A DNA stretch of 64,000 nucleotides, taken from Promethearchaeota archaeon Loki_b31. Lineage in GTDB: Archaea; Asgardarchaeota; Lokiarchaeia; Sigyniarchaeales; SOKP01. The position numbers were made by a program, and so were the translations under genes. The stretch spans positions 1 through 64,000 of the forward strand of contig NJBI01000010.1 of assembly GCA_005222975.1 (NCBI GenBank). The letters are read 5' to 3'. Positions 9,642 through 19,350 of this stretch are shown here, one piece after another (position 1 is the first letter of the stretch; each line of letters opens with the position of its first letter). The notes under the pieces are model-generated. The model saw only the letters and a program-made list of their open reading frames with translations. It ran no database searches and had not been told where the DNA came from.

Positions 9642-11159
9642 TTAAAGAAATTCGTCTAATTTCATTACTTTTTTCCCTTCAGCTTTTAGTCTGTATTTCA
9701 TGATTTCAACATAATTTGGGTTTATTTCATAACCTATCCAATTTCTAAATAATTTATTCGCAACGACTAATGTAGTTCCAGATCCTGCAAATGGATCAAG
9801 AATATAATCACCCTTATTTGTAGACAATAAAATTATCCTTCTTACAAGCTCTTTAGGATAAATTGCGGTATGTCGTATTTTCTTATTTTTAATCATAAGG
9901 GAAACTTCTCTTCCAATATTACCGATTTTACGAAACATTCGCCATATATTAGGTAAATCTTCATTATTTAAATGAATGTAATCAGGAGTATGTAATAACT
10001 TAATCTCTTTATTAAATTTATAATCTGAAGTTTTGGAAAATAACAATATGAATTCATATCGGTCTCCAAGATTTTTTTCGCCATAAGCAGATACTGCTAT
10101 TGGTTTATGCCAAATAATAATATCAAGTAAACTAAAACCAATTTTTTCAATGGTAGTATAGAAATTATAGGGGAATAAAATCATATTTCCTTCTTTCACT
10201 CTTTTGTTAATATTAATCCAAAGTGTACCATTATTTTTTAAAACTCTATAACATTCTTTCCAGACTTTATTTAGCCTATTTAAATACTCAATATAAGGGC
10301 TATTATATCCTATTTGATTAGAATGATCGTAATCTCGCAATCCCCAATAAGGAGGGCTTGTAATGACAGATTGAATAGTATTATCAGGGAGATCGTTCAT
10401 GTTTTCACTAGATTTTATGAAAATATTTGATTTTAAATGATTTTTAATTAATAATGCATGATTTTTGTAATCTATTGATTTTACCAAATTTAATTCGTCT
10501 TTTTGTTCGAGAAAATTGAACTTTAGTTCTACACTAAGAAAATTTTCATTGAAATTATTAATTTTATTAAATTTATCGTGTAAAAACAATATTTTATCGT
10601 CTTTACTTGTAGTAGCTTTAATTATTCGGTCTATTGCTTCAGATTTTTTAAGGATTAAATATTCAATTATTTTTCCTTTACCGTTATCTTTAGTTTTAAG
10701 CCAAAAATTACTAGGATCTTTCCCCTTCTCGTTATATCTGCTTTTTCTTCCTCCTGACCACTCTACATTTTTCCATATATGTTTTTCTCTTATCGGATCT
10801 TTGTTGAATTTATAATTATCTTTTTGTTTTGTTAAAAATATTATATGAGAATATCTGTTTTCAAAATTTACTGAATTATTTTTATAATTAAGATTGTAAT
10901 AAACGATTAGATTTTTTAACACATACCCTAATTCTTTTAAGTTATTGCACAGAATAAAGGGAATAGGTATAAGTTTACTGTTATTAATAATATTGTTTGT
11001 AAAAATCCATAGTGTTCCTTGTTCTTTTAATAAATCTTTACACTTACTATAAATTTTTAAAAGAGGAGGTAAGCTTTTATAACTATTTTCTATTTGAGTA
11101 ATAATTGTTTGAATAGAATTTTGTTCTATTTCACCTAAAATTGAAAGATTATCATTCAT
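9642..11159 (-). CDS. N4-C/N6-A DNA methyltransferase (beta order) with degenerate duplicated N-terminal MTase domain
   Basis: C-half TSPPYW...HTAIYPKEL...DPFAGSGTT; N-half has MTase scaffold (LKEQGTLW, KNLIVY, GKDPSNFW) without SPPY or FxGxG. Confidence 0.9.
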   Translation of the reverse strand: MNDNLSILGEIEQNSIQTIITQIENSYKSLPPLLKIYSKCKDLLKEQGTLWIFTNNIINNSKLIPIPFILCNNLKELGYVLKNLIVYYNLNYKNNSVNFENRYSHIIFLTKQKDNYKFNKDPIREKHIWKNVEWSGGRKSRYNEKGKDPSNFWLKTKDNGKGKIIEYLILKKSEAIDRIIKATTSKDDKILFLHDKFNKINNFNENFLSVELKFNFLEQKDELNLVKSIDYKNHALLIKNHLKSNIFIKSSENMNDLPDNTIQSVITSPPYWGLRDYDHSNQIGYNSPYIEYLNRLNKVWKECYRVLKNNGTLWININKRVKEGNMILFPYNFYTTIEKIGFSLLDIIIWHKPIAVSAYGEKNLGDRYEFILLFSKTSDYKFNKEIKLLHTPDYIHLNNEDLPNIWRMFRKIGNIGREVSLMIKNKKIRHTAIYPKELVRRIILLSTNKGDYILDPFAGSGTTLVVANKLFRNWIGYEINPNYVEIMKYRLKAEGKKVMKLDEFL

Positions 11160-11189
11160 TTTTTACTTAAGTTTATAGATTTTTTTTAT

Positions 11190-12065
11190 TTAAATATCAT
11201 TAAAATTAATTAGTTCAAAGTTAGACGCATTGTATTGTAAGTTATCTAATTCTAGTCTTCTTTTAATCAAATCACGATAATTTGGATTTAACTCTATTCC
11301 AATTGAATGCCTTTTTAAAATTCTGCTTACTCTCATAGTTGTCCCTGAACCAACAAAAGGATCTAGCACGATATCATATTCATTTGTAGTCATCTTTATT
11401 AATCTCTCTATCATTGGATCTGGATATACACAAGGATGATTTATATTGTTTTTTTTTTTTGTCATATTATTAACTCTGTTAAAAAACCAGTGATCCGTAG
11501 GGTTTCTTCCTTCTTTTCCAATTAATCTTTTATCTTTCTTAGTTATAAATGGTATCCTTATATCATCCAAATTGAATATATAATTATTTATATCTTTAAC
11601 AAACCATAAAATGGCTTCCCAGCGACCACTCAATCGTTTTACGCAATTTTGCATGTTATTAAAATGCCATATAATCTTATTTCTTAAAAAATATCCATTT
11701 TCTTTAAAAATAAAATATACAATAGAATCTAATGGTATAATTTCTTTTGTTTTATTGTTTTTTGGGATGGGTGATATATTTATTAAAAAACTTCCATTAT
11801 CTTTTAAAATCCGCTTACTATATTTAGCTGTTTTATTAATAAATTCTTGCCATTTATCTAGATCTAATTTATCTTCATAATATCCGCCATAATCTTTATA
11901 TAATCCATAGGGTGGACTAGTGATAATCGTTTGGATGCTTTTTGATTTAATCAAATTCTGATCTTTTAATGCTTCTATTGCATCCCCAATTATTAATTTA
12001 TGATGAGTCTTTTTTTCGTCGGACACTTTTATTATACTTGTTTGTTTCAATAATTTATCTGTCAT
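11190..12065 (-). CDS. N4-C/N6-A DNA methyltransferase (beta order)
   Basis: TSPPY, RNKIIW, GRNPTDHW, HPCVYP, DPFVGSGTT, GIELN. Confidence 0.93.
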   Translation of the reverse strand: MTDKLLKQTSIIKVSDEKKTHHKLIIGDAIEALKDQNLIKSKSIQTIITSPPYGLYKDYGGYYEDKLDLDKWQEFINKTAKYSKRILKDNGSFLINISPIPKNNKTKEIIPLDSIVYFIFKENGYFLRNKIIWHFNNMQNCVKRLSGRWEAILWFVKDINNYIFNLDDIRIPFITKKDKRLIGKEGRNPTDHWFFNRVNNMTKKKNNINHPCVYPDPMIERLIKMTTNEYDIVLDPFVGSGTTMRVSRILKRHSIGIELNPNYRDLIKRRLELDNLQYNASNFELINFNDI

Positions 12066-12257
12066 TAGTTATTACCATTAATTATTTAATCATTTTATGT
12101 TTTTAATTTTATTATTAACCCTATATAATCACATTTATTTTATTTAAACGAAAAAATTATAGGTATTATGATATATATATCAAAGGATATATTTAAATAT
12201 AACTAGTAGTTACCCGAAAATATATATAATAATTGTAATTGTAATTATATGATCGAG

Positions 12258-12410
12258 ATGGGAAATAAAAAAATTATCAAGCTTCCAGAAGAATTAACAG
12301 ATAGAATAGATAAATTTATTAATCAAAAAGGAAGATCAATAGGGTTAGAAAATAGAACTGAATTAACAAAAAGAGCAATTGATGATTTTTTATCAAAATA
12401 TGAAAATTGA
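12258..12410 (+). CDS. Ribbon-helix-helix (CopG-like) regulator, 50 aa, not in ORF track
   Basis: MGNKKIIKLPEELTDRIDKFINQKGRSIGLENRTELTKRAIDDFLSKYEN* fits the RHH pattern; alternative ATG at 12249. Confidence 0.75.
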   Translation: MGNKKIIKLPEELTDRIDKFINQKGRSIGLENRTELTKRAIDDFLSKYEN

Positions 12411-12593
12411 AGATTTTTTAATTAGACCTACCTAATTCTCTCATCAATTCAAGATTTTGCATTTTTTCGACTTTTTTAAATAATATTTTTATTATTTTTT
12501 CTAAAAAGGAATTATTTTTTCATTAGATGATGAAGATTTTTAAGTATATATTCACTTATAAAATAAATTTATAAATCCATACGGCTAAATAAC

Positions 12594-13988
12594 TTGAGAT
12601 TTAAAACAATAGATAACCAAGAAAAAATTCTTAAAACTCCTTCTTTCTTTATAACTAATAATTTTGGCGGTGGCGGAACAAATGTTTCAAGATTATTCTC
12701 TTATTTAGGGGAATTAAATATAAGAAAAATTAATCTTCTTTTAAATTATTATTATTTAAACACCAATTTAGGCAATAAAATGGTTTTTGATAGAGTTCTA
12801 ATCGATAAATCATTTGAATTTGAGAATATTGAAAATTGGGTGGAATATGTAAGAGGAGTGTATATTGAAACTGAAAAAAAAACCACAAGTAAGATTTCTT
12901 TAAAAAAATTAGAGAATTTGAATTTCTTTTTACTTGATTCAGGTTCGGGTAACATTTTCAGGAATATAATTGAGGATACATCTGATAATATTTTAGATGA
13001 ATATACTAAGATTATTAAAGATTATCATAATTATGCCCATAATTTAAAATTAAATATAATAATTGCGATGGATTTTGCTAAAAAGTACACATATAAGGCA
13101 GGTGAGAAAGGAGATGAGAAGTATGTAAGAATCTCCGATGAATTTGGAGAAGATCTAAATAAAAATCGTCGATTAATAAAATTAACAATAGAAGATCTTC
13201 AGAAGAGAGACTTTTTCACTCCATTAGTCTTTGCTCCGATACATGGAAATTCTCCTAACAATTATTTAAGTTATTTAAAATCTATTATAGAATTTGAAAA
13301 AAAATATGATTTTAAATTTGATGGATTTGCTATAGGTGGAGGTATTGCTAATTCTAAAGGAAAAGACGAGGATATATGGCAATTCCCTAAAAAACTTAAT
13401 AGATTTACTAAAAGTGCATATATTTGTTCGATAGTTACTAAAATGATTTCAGATTTTTTAAAAAACATAAATGATGACCGAACTATACACATTCTTGGTG
13501 CTGGTAATCATTTTAATATATTGCCATTATGGATTTGTGGAGCTGATTCTTATGATTGTCATTCTTCTTGGAGAAGAGCTACAGAAAACAAGATTTTAAT
13601 ACCTCTATTAAATTCCAATGGAAACTATGTTAAAAATAAGAACATATTTCATTTTAAAAAGTTAAGTGAATTAAATGGTTCAGATTTTAACTGTGAGTGT
13701 GAAGTATGTCAAAATTATAATTTAAATAATTTAAAAGAGTTAACAATAAAAAATAAAAGAGAAACACACATTGATAAAGAAAAATATTACTATGGAGAAA
13801 TTCTTGTATTTTTTCATGCAATATATCAATATGAATATTTACTCAATAAATTTAAAGAATTTAAAGATATTGAAACTATACAAAAATTCATTTTGAAAAT
13901 TCCAGATAAAAATTTGCAGAAAAATTATATTGATCTTTTAAAGCATTTGAAAATTACAGAGGGAATAACAAAATTCTTTGGAGCTTAA
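12594..13988 (+). CDS. TGT/DpdA-like guanine transglycosylase, paralog B
   Basis: N-terminal KTP.F, LLDSGSG, AMD, PIHG, GFAIGG, HILGAG, DSYDCHSSWRRA, CECEVC...FFH. Confidence 0.85.
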   Translation: MRFKTIDNQEKILKTPSFFITNNFGGGGTNVSRLFSYLGELNIRKINLLLNYYYLNTNLGNKMVFDRVLIDKSFEFENIENWVEYVRGVYIETEKKTTSKISLKKLENLNFFLLDSGSGNIFRNIIEDTSDNILDEYTKIIKDYHNYAHNLKLNIIIAMDFAKKYTYKAGEKGDEKYVRISDEFGEDLNKNRRLIKLTIEDLQKRDFFTPLVFAPIHGNSPNNYLSYLKSIIEFEKKYDFKFDGFAIGGGIANSKGKDEDIWQFPKKLNRFTKSAYICSIVTKMISDFLKNINDDRTIHILGAGNHFNILPLWICGADSYDCHSSWRRATENKILIPLLNSNGNYVKNKNIFHFKKLSELNGSDFNCECEVCQNYNLNNLKELTIKNKRETHIDKEKYYYGEILVFFHAIYQYEYLLNKFKEFKDIETIQKFILKIPDKNLQKNYIDLLKHLKITEGITKFFGA

Positions 13989-14239
13989 TATATTTTAAAT
14001 ATTATTGCTTTCTTTCATAATTTAACTCTGATGATATTTGCGACTTTTTTGATCATATCTTAGAAGTAGTTTTCACTAAGAAATTAAAAATTATTTCTCA
14101 ATAATTATTGAACCAATTAAGTTTACTTACATCTATAATTTGCCGATTAAATAGATTTAAGAAAGATTTTAGTTTAGTTTTTAAAAAAGAAGTGTAAATT
14201 TTTATAAATGTTAATCAAATTTAATCATTCAATAATTCT

Positions 14240-15397
14240 ATGAATATAAATCACTATTATAAATATGATTTTGAACCAATTTCAAAAAATTTAAGCTCTT
14301 CAGAAATTAAATTATCAGAATTAGAAAACATCCGATATATTGAAAATCCAAAATATTTTCATAAAGAGACAGCATATAAAAAAAAAATAGATGGGAAAAT
14401 TAGTTATTATTATTATTTTTCTAAAATAAAATCAGTAAAAGCTAGCCTTGGAACAAGATATTTAACTCATGGATTAGATTTATATAAGGGGAATTTTCAT
14501 GCACAAATGATTCGGAGTTTGATTAATTATTGTAATCTCCCTCCGAAATCTATTATCCTTGATCCTTTTTGTGGCAGTGGCACTACTTTAATTGAAGCAA
14601 ATCTTCTTGAATTTAATGCAATTGGTATAGATATCAACCCAATCGCATGTTTTAATTCTCATATTAAGACAAAATTACTAGATGTACCATTAGATTTTTT
14701 GATTTCACATAATAAAAAATATTTTGATATAAACTATTATAATAAAAAGAACTTTACGAAATTTAATTTTAATGAAATTTTAAAAATAAATATCAGAGAA
14801 CTTTTTTATTTATTTATATATACACGTGCTATTTCAGATGAGACTTATATTTTAAAAAATAGATTTGAATCCTTTAAAGATAATTATGAAATTATAATTG
14901 ATATTCTTAGAAATTATCAGATATTAAAAAAGCAGTTAAGATTAAGTATAGGAAAGACTAAAATAATGCATGGAGATAATCTTTTTCATTTAAAATTGAT
15001 AAAGAAAAATATTATTGATTGTATTATTACTTCACCTCCTTATTTAGATGTTATAGATTATATATCAAATGATAGAAATCAGATTAAATATTTTATAAAT
15101 GAAAGCGAAATTAACCAATTAAGAAATAAATCATACGAACAAAAATACGAGAGCTATAGGATTACAGAAAAAAAATTTTGGCTAAAGATTGAGAAATTTT
15201 TACAAGAAGCTTTTCGAATTCTAAAATCCAATTCACATTTGATAATAGTTGTAGGTTTTTATAGGAAAATGCATGAAAACTTATCAAGATTAGCAAAAGA
15301 CATAGGTTTTATTATGGAGATGATAATAAAAAGAGAATTTTTCAATTTTAAAGGTAAGAAAAATCATGATTTCATTTTATTTTTTAAAAAAATATGA
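14240..15397 (+). CDS. DNA methyltransferase (alpha order, probably N4-cytosine)
   Basis: THGLDLYKGNFHAQM, DPFCGSGTT, GIDINP precede IITSPPY. Confidence 0.88.
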   Translation: MNINHYYKYDFEPISKNLSSSEIKLSELENIRYIENPKYFHKETAYKKKIDGKISYYYYFSKIKSVKASLGTRYLTHGLDLYKGNFHAQMIRSLINYCNLPPKSIILDPFCGSGTTLIEANLLEFNAIGIDINPIACFNSHIKTKLLDVPLDFLISHNKKYFDINYYNKKNFTKFNFNEILKINIRELFYLFIYTRAISDETYILKNRFESFKDNYEIIIDILRNYQILKKQLRLSIGKTKIMHGDNLFHLKLIKKNIIDCIITSPPYLDVIDYISNDRNQIKYFINESEINQLRNKSYEQKYESYRITEKKFWLKIEKFLQEAFRILKSNSHLIIVVGFYRKMHENLSRLAKDIGFIMEMIIKREFFNFKGKKNHDFILFFKKI

Positions 15398-15852
15398 TAT
15401 ATTTTTTTTATATATTTTAAATACATTTTATATGTTTCAAGAAGAGATGATCGCGAAATAACCGTTATTCTAAGTGTTCCTAGAAACAGGAAATTAAAGC
15501 CAAAACAATCCGAGTGCACTTTCTTTAGCGGGCTATCAAATTGAAAAAATAGGAGTGCAAATGAGAGAGGGTATAGCGGACATGAACACTTTTATTTATT
15601 CAAATAACCATCGAGGTAATTAAATATACCATCTTTAATCCTTAGAAAAGACTGATCGTATACTTTTACTTTTTCAGTTATTTTTAATAAATTCTCTTTT
15701 GAATTAATTTGTTTAATATTGAAGAAATTATGTTTGTAATCGAAAATGATACTCAGGCATTATTCGAAAAACTCAATCAATTAGGTATTAAGGATTATGT
15801 TGATATTAATCGACCAAATGCATGCAAAAAATAACATATCTAAATTTTTAAA

Positions 15853-16203
15853 TTAGAATTTCAATCGCCTTTTTTTCTTAATCGAAACTTCAATCGCTTT
15901 TATCTCTAAAGGATTTAACCCCTCCAAAAGAATGGCTTCAGCAACCTTTAAACCACTCTCATTAAGAAGAATCTTATGCCGTGAACCGTGATTTTTAAGA
16001 TTATCTACATATACTCTATCAATATATCGCTTTTTTGTTAAGAAAGAAAGCACTTGAGAAATTTCGCTCTTGGATTTATTAAACTTCTTAATGATGTCCT
16101 CTGTTAGTATCTCTACCTTACGATAACGCCGTTGCCTAAGAAATAACAAGATCCTTGAACTGAGTTGGGGGTAGAACTTCTTCATCTCCTCGTTTGTTAG
16201 CAC
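15853..16203 (-). CDS. Winged-helix transcription regulator
   Basis: SKSEISQVLSFLTKKRYI...LLNESG wHTH pattern. Confidence 0.65.
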   Translation of the reverse strand: MLTNEEMKKFYPQLSSRILLFLRQRRYRKVEILTEDIIKKFNKSKSEISQVLSFLTKKRYIDRVYVDNLKNHGSRHKILLNESGLKVAEAILLEGLNPLEIKAIEVSIKKKRRLKF

Positions 16204-16593
16204 ATTATTTATCGGTTTAAAAGTTTTTAAACTCCATTTTTTTTCAATGAATAGTTAAACAGAAAAGATATATAATAGATTTAATAAATTAGGTTAATTT
16301 TAAAATATTTTATCATAAAAAGAAAGCTATATCTGGTCCGTATGGATACTTTTTTTGCCTTTCACATTCTACTAAATACATAAATTTCGTACAGTCTAAA
16401 ATTGCTTCTTCTATGTCTTCAATAGAAAACTGAAAATTGATGGTAAAGATTTACAGAAATTTAATGATTTCATTAATAACCTCTGGAAAGAGCAAAATGA
16501 TAAATTATAAACCATCTGAAAGAATTAAATTCCTTTTTCTGTTTTATGGGCTCTTTAAATTGATGAAGTTAAACCAAGTAATGTATTTCTATC

Positions 16594-16794
16594 TTGGTGA
16601 AAAAAATGAAGAGTGGTTTTTACTATGTCCTGTGCGATAGGTGCTATAAGATTCAAAGTTTTGAAAAGCTTAAGGAAGATGACCCATTCTGGAACGATCA
16701 TGATAATGATGGAATAAAGGCTTTTTCTTGCTCTTGTGGTAATATCGACATAATGATTGTTGTCTGTAAAGAAGCCCTTTGGGACTTTCCCTAA
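16594..16794 (+). CDS. Small Cys-rich (Zn-binding) hypothetical protein
   Basis: CDRC and CSC pairs; T-tract after stop. Confidence 0.45.
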   Translation: MVKKMKSGFYYVLCDRCYKIQSFEKLKEDDPFWNDHDNDGIKAFSCSCGNIDIMIVVCKEALWDFP

Positions 16795-16902
16795 ATTTCT
16801 TTTTTTTTTAATTCAAGATAGATTTACTCTTCTAAAAAAAAAATCAAATAGAAATACAAATAGCCATTTTTTATTTAAATATAACAATATAATATCATTA
16901 AT

Positions 16903-16965
16903 AGATTCCTACCAGAAAAAGGTCATCACATAGCCTCCAAGATAGATATACACTGGTAGGAATCT
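16903..16965 (+). repeat. 13-bp perfect inverted repeat; candidate small RNA hairpin
   Basis: AGATTCCTACCAG (16903-16915) / CTGGTAGGAATCT (16953-16965), followed by a T7 tract. Confidence 0.8.
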
Positions 16966-17198
16966 CCCTATTTTTTTAGTTTAGATTTTATTAAACTACC
17001 TATTCTCCGCTTACAATGACAAAGTTTAATAAAGATTAAACCAGTTTACTGAGCATTAAACTTCAGATTTCCTCTAGTTCCAAGAATACAATTATATATT
17101 ATGATTTGCTATCTGTTGCATAAGACTGCGCGAATTGCAATCTTAAAAATCAGTATGCGCGATAATGCTGCTGATAAAAACCAAAAGGTTGGAAAAAA

Positions 17199-18845
17199 AT
17201 GAATAATTTAGATAATGACAAAAAAAAAGTGGAACAACTCACAAAAATTAGACACGCATATACAAACCTTGTAGATTATTTAAAAGAACTTTTATTTAAA
17301 GAACGCATCCTAGATTCTCCCTCGTACGCAGAACTCTCAAGAAAACTTGGTTTTAAATACAATTGGATCAAGGAAAAAAAGTATTCAATGAATCAAGGAC
17401 ATTTCCCTAAAAAAGAAACTTTTGACGATCTCTATAACCGACTAGCAAACAAGTATATGAGTAAACTTAGTAAATCCTACGAAGCGATCCAGAATAAATT
17501 TAACACTCTCTATACTTTTAGCTTCTCTACGGATAAACAATCGCTTTCAATTTCATCTTCTCAACAAAAGTCTATCAAAAGGGGATTCTTTAATAACATA
17601 AAAGGAATTATAAAGAACCATTTTCCTAACGCTAGAGTTTTTGACACAGACATTTCAAGACTATTCTTTGAGAGAGCAAGAGCATTGAAGGATTCTCATC
17701 TTAAGGGTAATTATAAATATAGAAAACTTGAATTATCAACTCTCTTTAATTTCATATACAAAATAAGAACTGTAACTACTGAAGAATTTGCTAATTTTTT
17801 TACAGATATAATTACTGTAGATGTGGATAATTTACAGATAATTAGATTTGAGGTAGAAAATTTCATTGAAGAATTCATTTTTGCAAATCCGTTTGATGTT
17901 AAATATATTGGCGATTCACATAACAAAGGAACAAGATATTTTAAACCCGAATATGAATTAACATTATCTATTTGGTTTGAAATGTCTAAAGCAAAGAAAA
18001 AGCCAATTCTCCTAAAGAATGCACGAAAACTATTGAAATATCAGACTTTTGGAAGGATTAATAGATTTGGACAACCTGATAGAGGTAAAGTCTATTCTTG
18101 GATAGGTCTTATGAACATGCTTAAAGAATTAGTTAAATTAGTACCTTACAGCTCATATTCTAAAATTTTCAAAGAAGTTTGGGACTATATAAATATACGA
18201 AATCTGTATCTTATTCTACCTAGAGTTTATCATCCAAGTTGGTACACCATCAGCACTATAAAATTTCATATAATTACACTAATAATTCGGGATCTTGGTC
18301 TTGATATTTTAACCTTAGAACCGATCAAATCTGAATCTTTTAAAAAAACTCATAGAATGGATTCATTTACTTACGAAAGACATCATATATTTGTAAACGA
18401 TAAGATGTCCATCGATGTCAACAGATTAGCTCTTGTTATGCATACGAATCATTATAATCTTGAAGGAAAATCAAACTTAGTTCTTGATTTAATTCGAAGA
18501 AGAATCAACTTAACTTTTGATTGCCCTCAATATTACAAGAAAAACATTATTGACTGGAGAGATAAATGGCAACATTATCTACAGAGACGAACTTTCTTAA
18601 TTCAGAATGGAATCGTGAACTTTATCAACGAATATTTCACTGACGATAACGGAAATAACTATATCTTTGAAAAGTTCTTCAGTAACATTCCCAAAGACAA
18701 CATTGAACAAGATATCAAAAATCTCATGCTCGAATGGATCAACAAACACCGACCAGCACCCATCCTAAACTCTCACATCATAACAAAACTCTTCTGCGGT
18801 ACTCCAAATTTAGTTACATCTGGATTTATTCAATATAAATCCTAA
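17199..18845 (+). CDS. Hypothetical protein with N-terminal HTH-like segment and possible HNH-like motif
   Basis: 548-aa ORF; SYAELSRKLG; YERHHI-x8-VNRLALV-x4-H. Confidence 0.5.
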   Translation: MNNLDNDKKKVEQLTKIRHAYTNLVDYLKELLFKERILDSPSYAELSRKLGFKYNWIKEKKYSMNQGHFPKKETFDDLYNRLANKYMSKLSKSYEAIQNKFNTLYTFSFSTDKQSLSISSSQQKSIKRGFFNNIKGIIKNHFPNARVFDTDISRLFFERARALKDSHLKGNYKYRKLELSTLFNFIYKIRTVTTEEFANFFTDIITVDVDNLQIIRFEVENFIEEFIFANPFDVKYIGDSHNKGTRYFKPEYELTLSIWFEMSKAKKKPILLKNARKLLKYQTFGRINRFGQPDRGKVYSWIGLMNMLKELVKLVPYSSYSKIFKEVWDYINIRNLYLILPRVYHPSWYTISTIKFHIITLIIRDLGLDILTLEPIKSESFKKTHRMDSFTYERHHIFVNDKMSIDVNRLALVMHTNHYNLEGKSNLVLDLIRRRINLTFDCPQYYKKNIIDWRDKWQHYLQRRTFLIQNGIVNFINEYFTDDNGNNYIFEKFFSNIPKDNIEQDIKNLMLEWINKHRPAPILNSHIITKLFCGTPNLVTSGFIQYKS

Positions 18846-18900
18846 TTTTTTTTTTTCATCATTATTTAAATATTCTTTTTTCCATACCTTTACCATAACA

Positions 18901-19350
18901 ATGAAAGACGAACGAAAAATCGTCATCCGAAATGAACGGCTCCGAAAAATTAGAAACAACTTAAGACAAATCTTAATTCGAGCTGTATGGGATGAATTCT
19001 GGATTTTAGGGCACTATGCTAGTTTATATCCGCCACCCCTTGACCTCCCACCCGAAGAACTAGCAGAATTATACTACTTAGAAGGAACGAGACATAAACT
19101 CTCTAGTCTGAAAAGAAGATCTTTTTGTGAGTGTGCTAGATGCTCTAGCCAAGATAAAGATATGATATATATTGGATTTCACGACGAATGGTATTGTGTT
19201 GAATGTCATGATAACGATCTTATCTGGTATCCCTCACATGGTAGTGCTGAAAGTAGATGGCAAAACGATTACATCAATATGTACTATGAAATGAAAGAAA
19301 AATTTGAAAAGAAATATCTAAGCAGAAAGAAAGGGATTTTCGATAAATAG
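18901..19350 (+). CDS. Zinc-finger hypothetical protein
   Basis: CECARC...WYCVEC. Confidence 0.65.
   Translation: MKDERKIVIRNERLRKIRNNLRQILIRAVWDEFWILGHYASLYPPPLDLPPEELAELYYLEGTRHKLSSLKRRSFCECARCSSQDKDMIYIGFHDEWYCVECHDNDLIWYPSHGSAESRWQNDYINMYYEMKEKFEKKYLSRKKGIFDK

Larger units (their letters stand above)
1..19350. mobile_element. Accessory/defence genomic island, probably an integrated element; left end outside window
   Basis: HerA/VirB4-like ATPase, McrBC, methyltransferases, nuclease, gene remnants and orphan ORFs; visibly more AT-rich than the ribosomal operon it abuts; no integrase or att repeat seen. Confidence 0.55.

Noticed and set aside
6524-13988. Calling the TGT-like genes housekeeping tgtA/arcS or canonical dpdA
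   Set aside because: No PUA domain, highly divergent, island context, and no recognisable dpdB/C; no symbol assigned
15430-15840. GC-richer patches and a 34-codon ORF after the third methyltransferase
   Set aside because: Possibly gene debris, but no recognisable family or structure
16437-16640. 67-aa ORF in the island
   Set aside because: No motif, low-complexity composition, overlaps a more plausible Cys-rich ORF
18440-18845. AAC/C-rich 3' end suggesting a DGR variable region
   Set aside because: No template repeat or reverse transcriptase seen in the window
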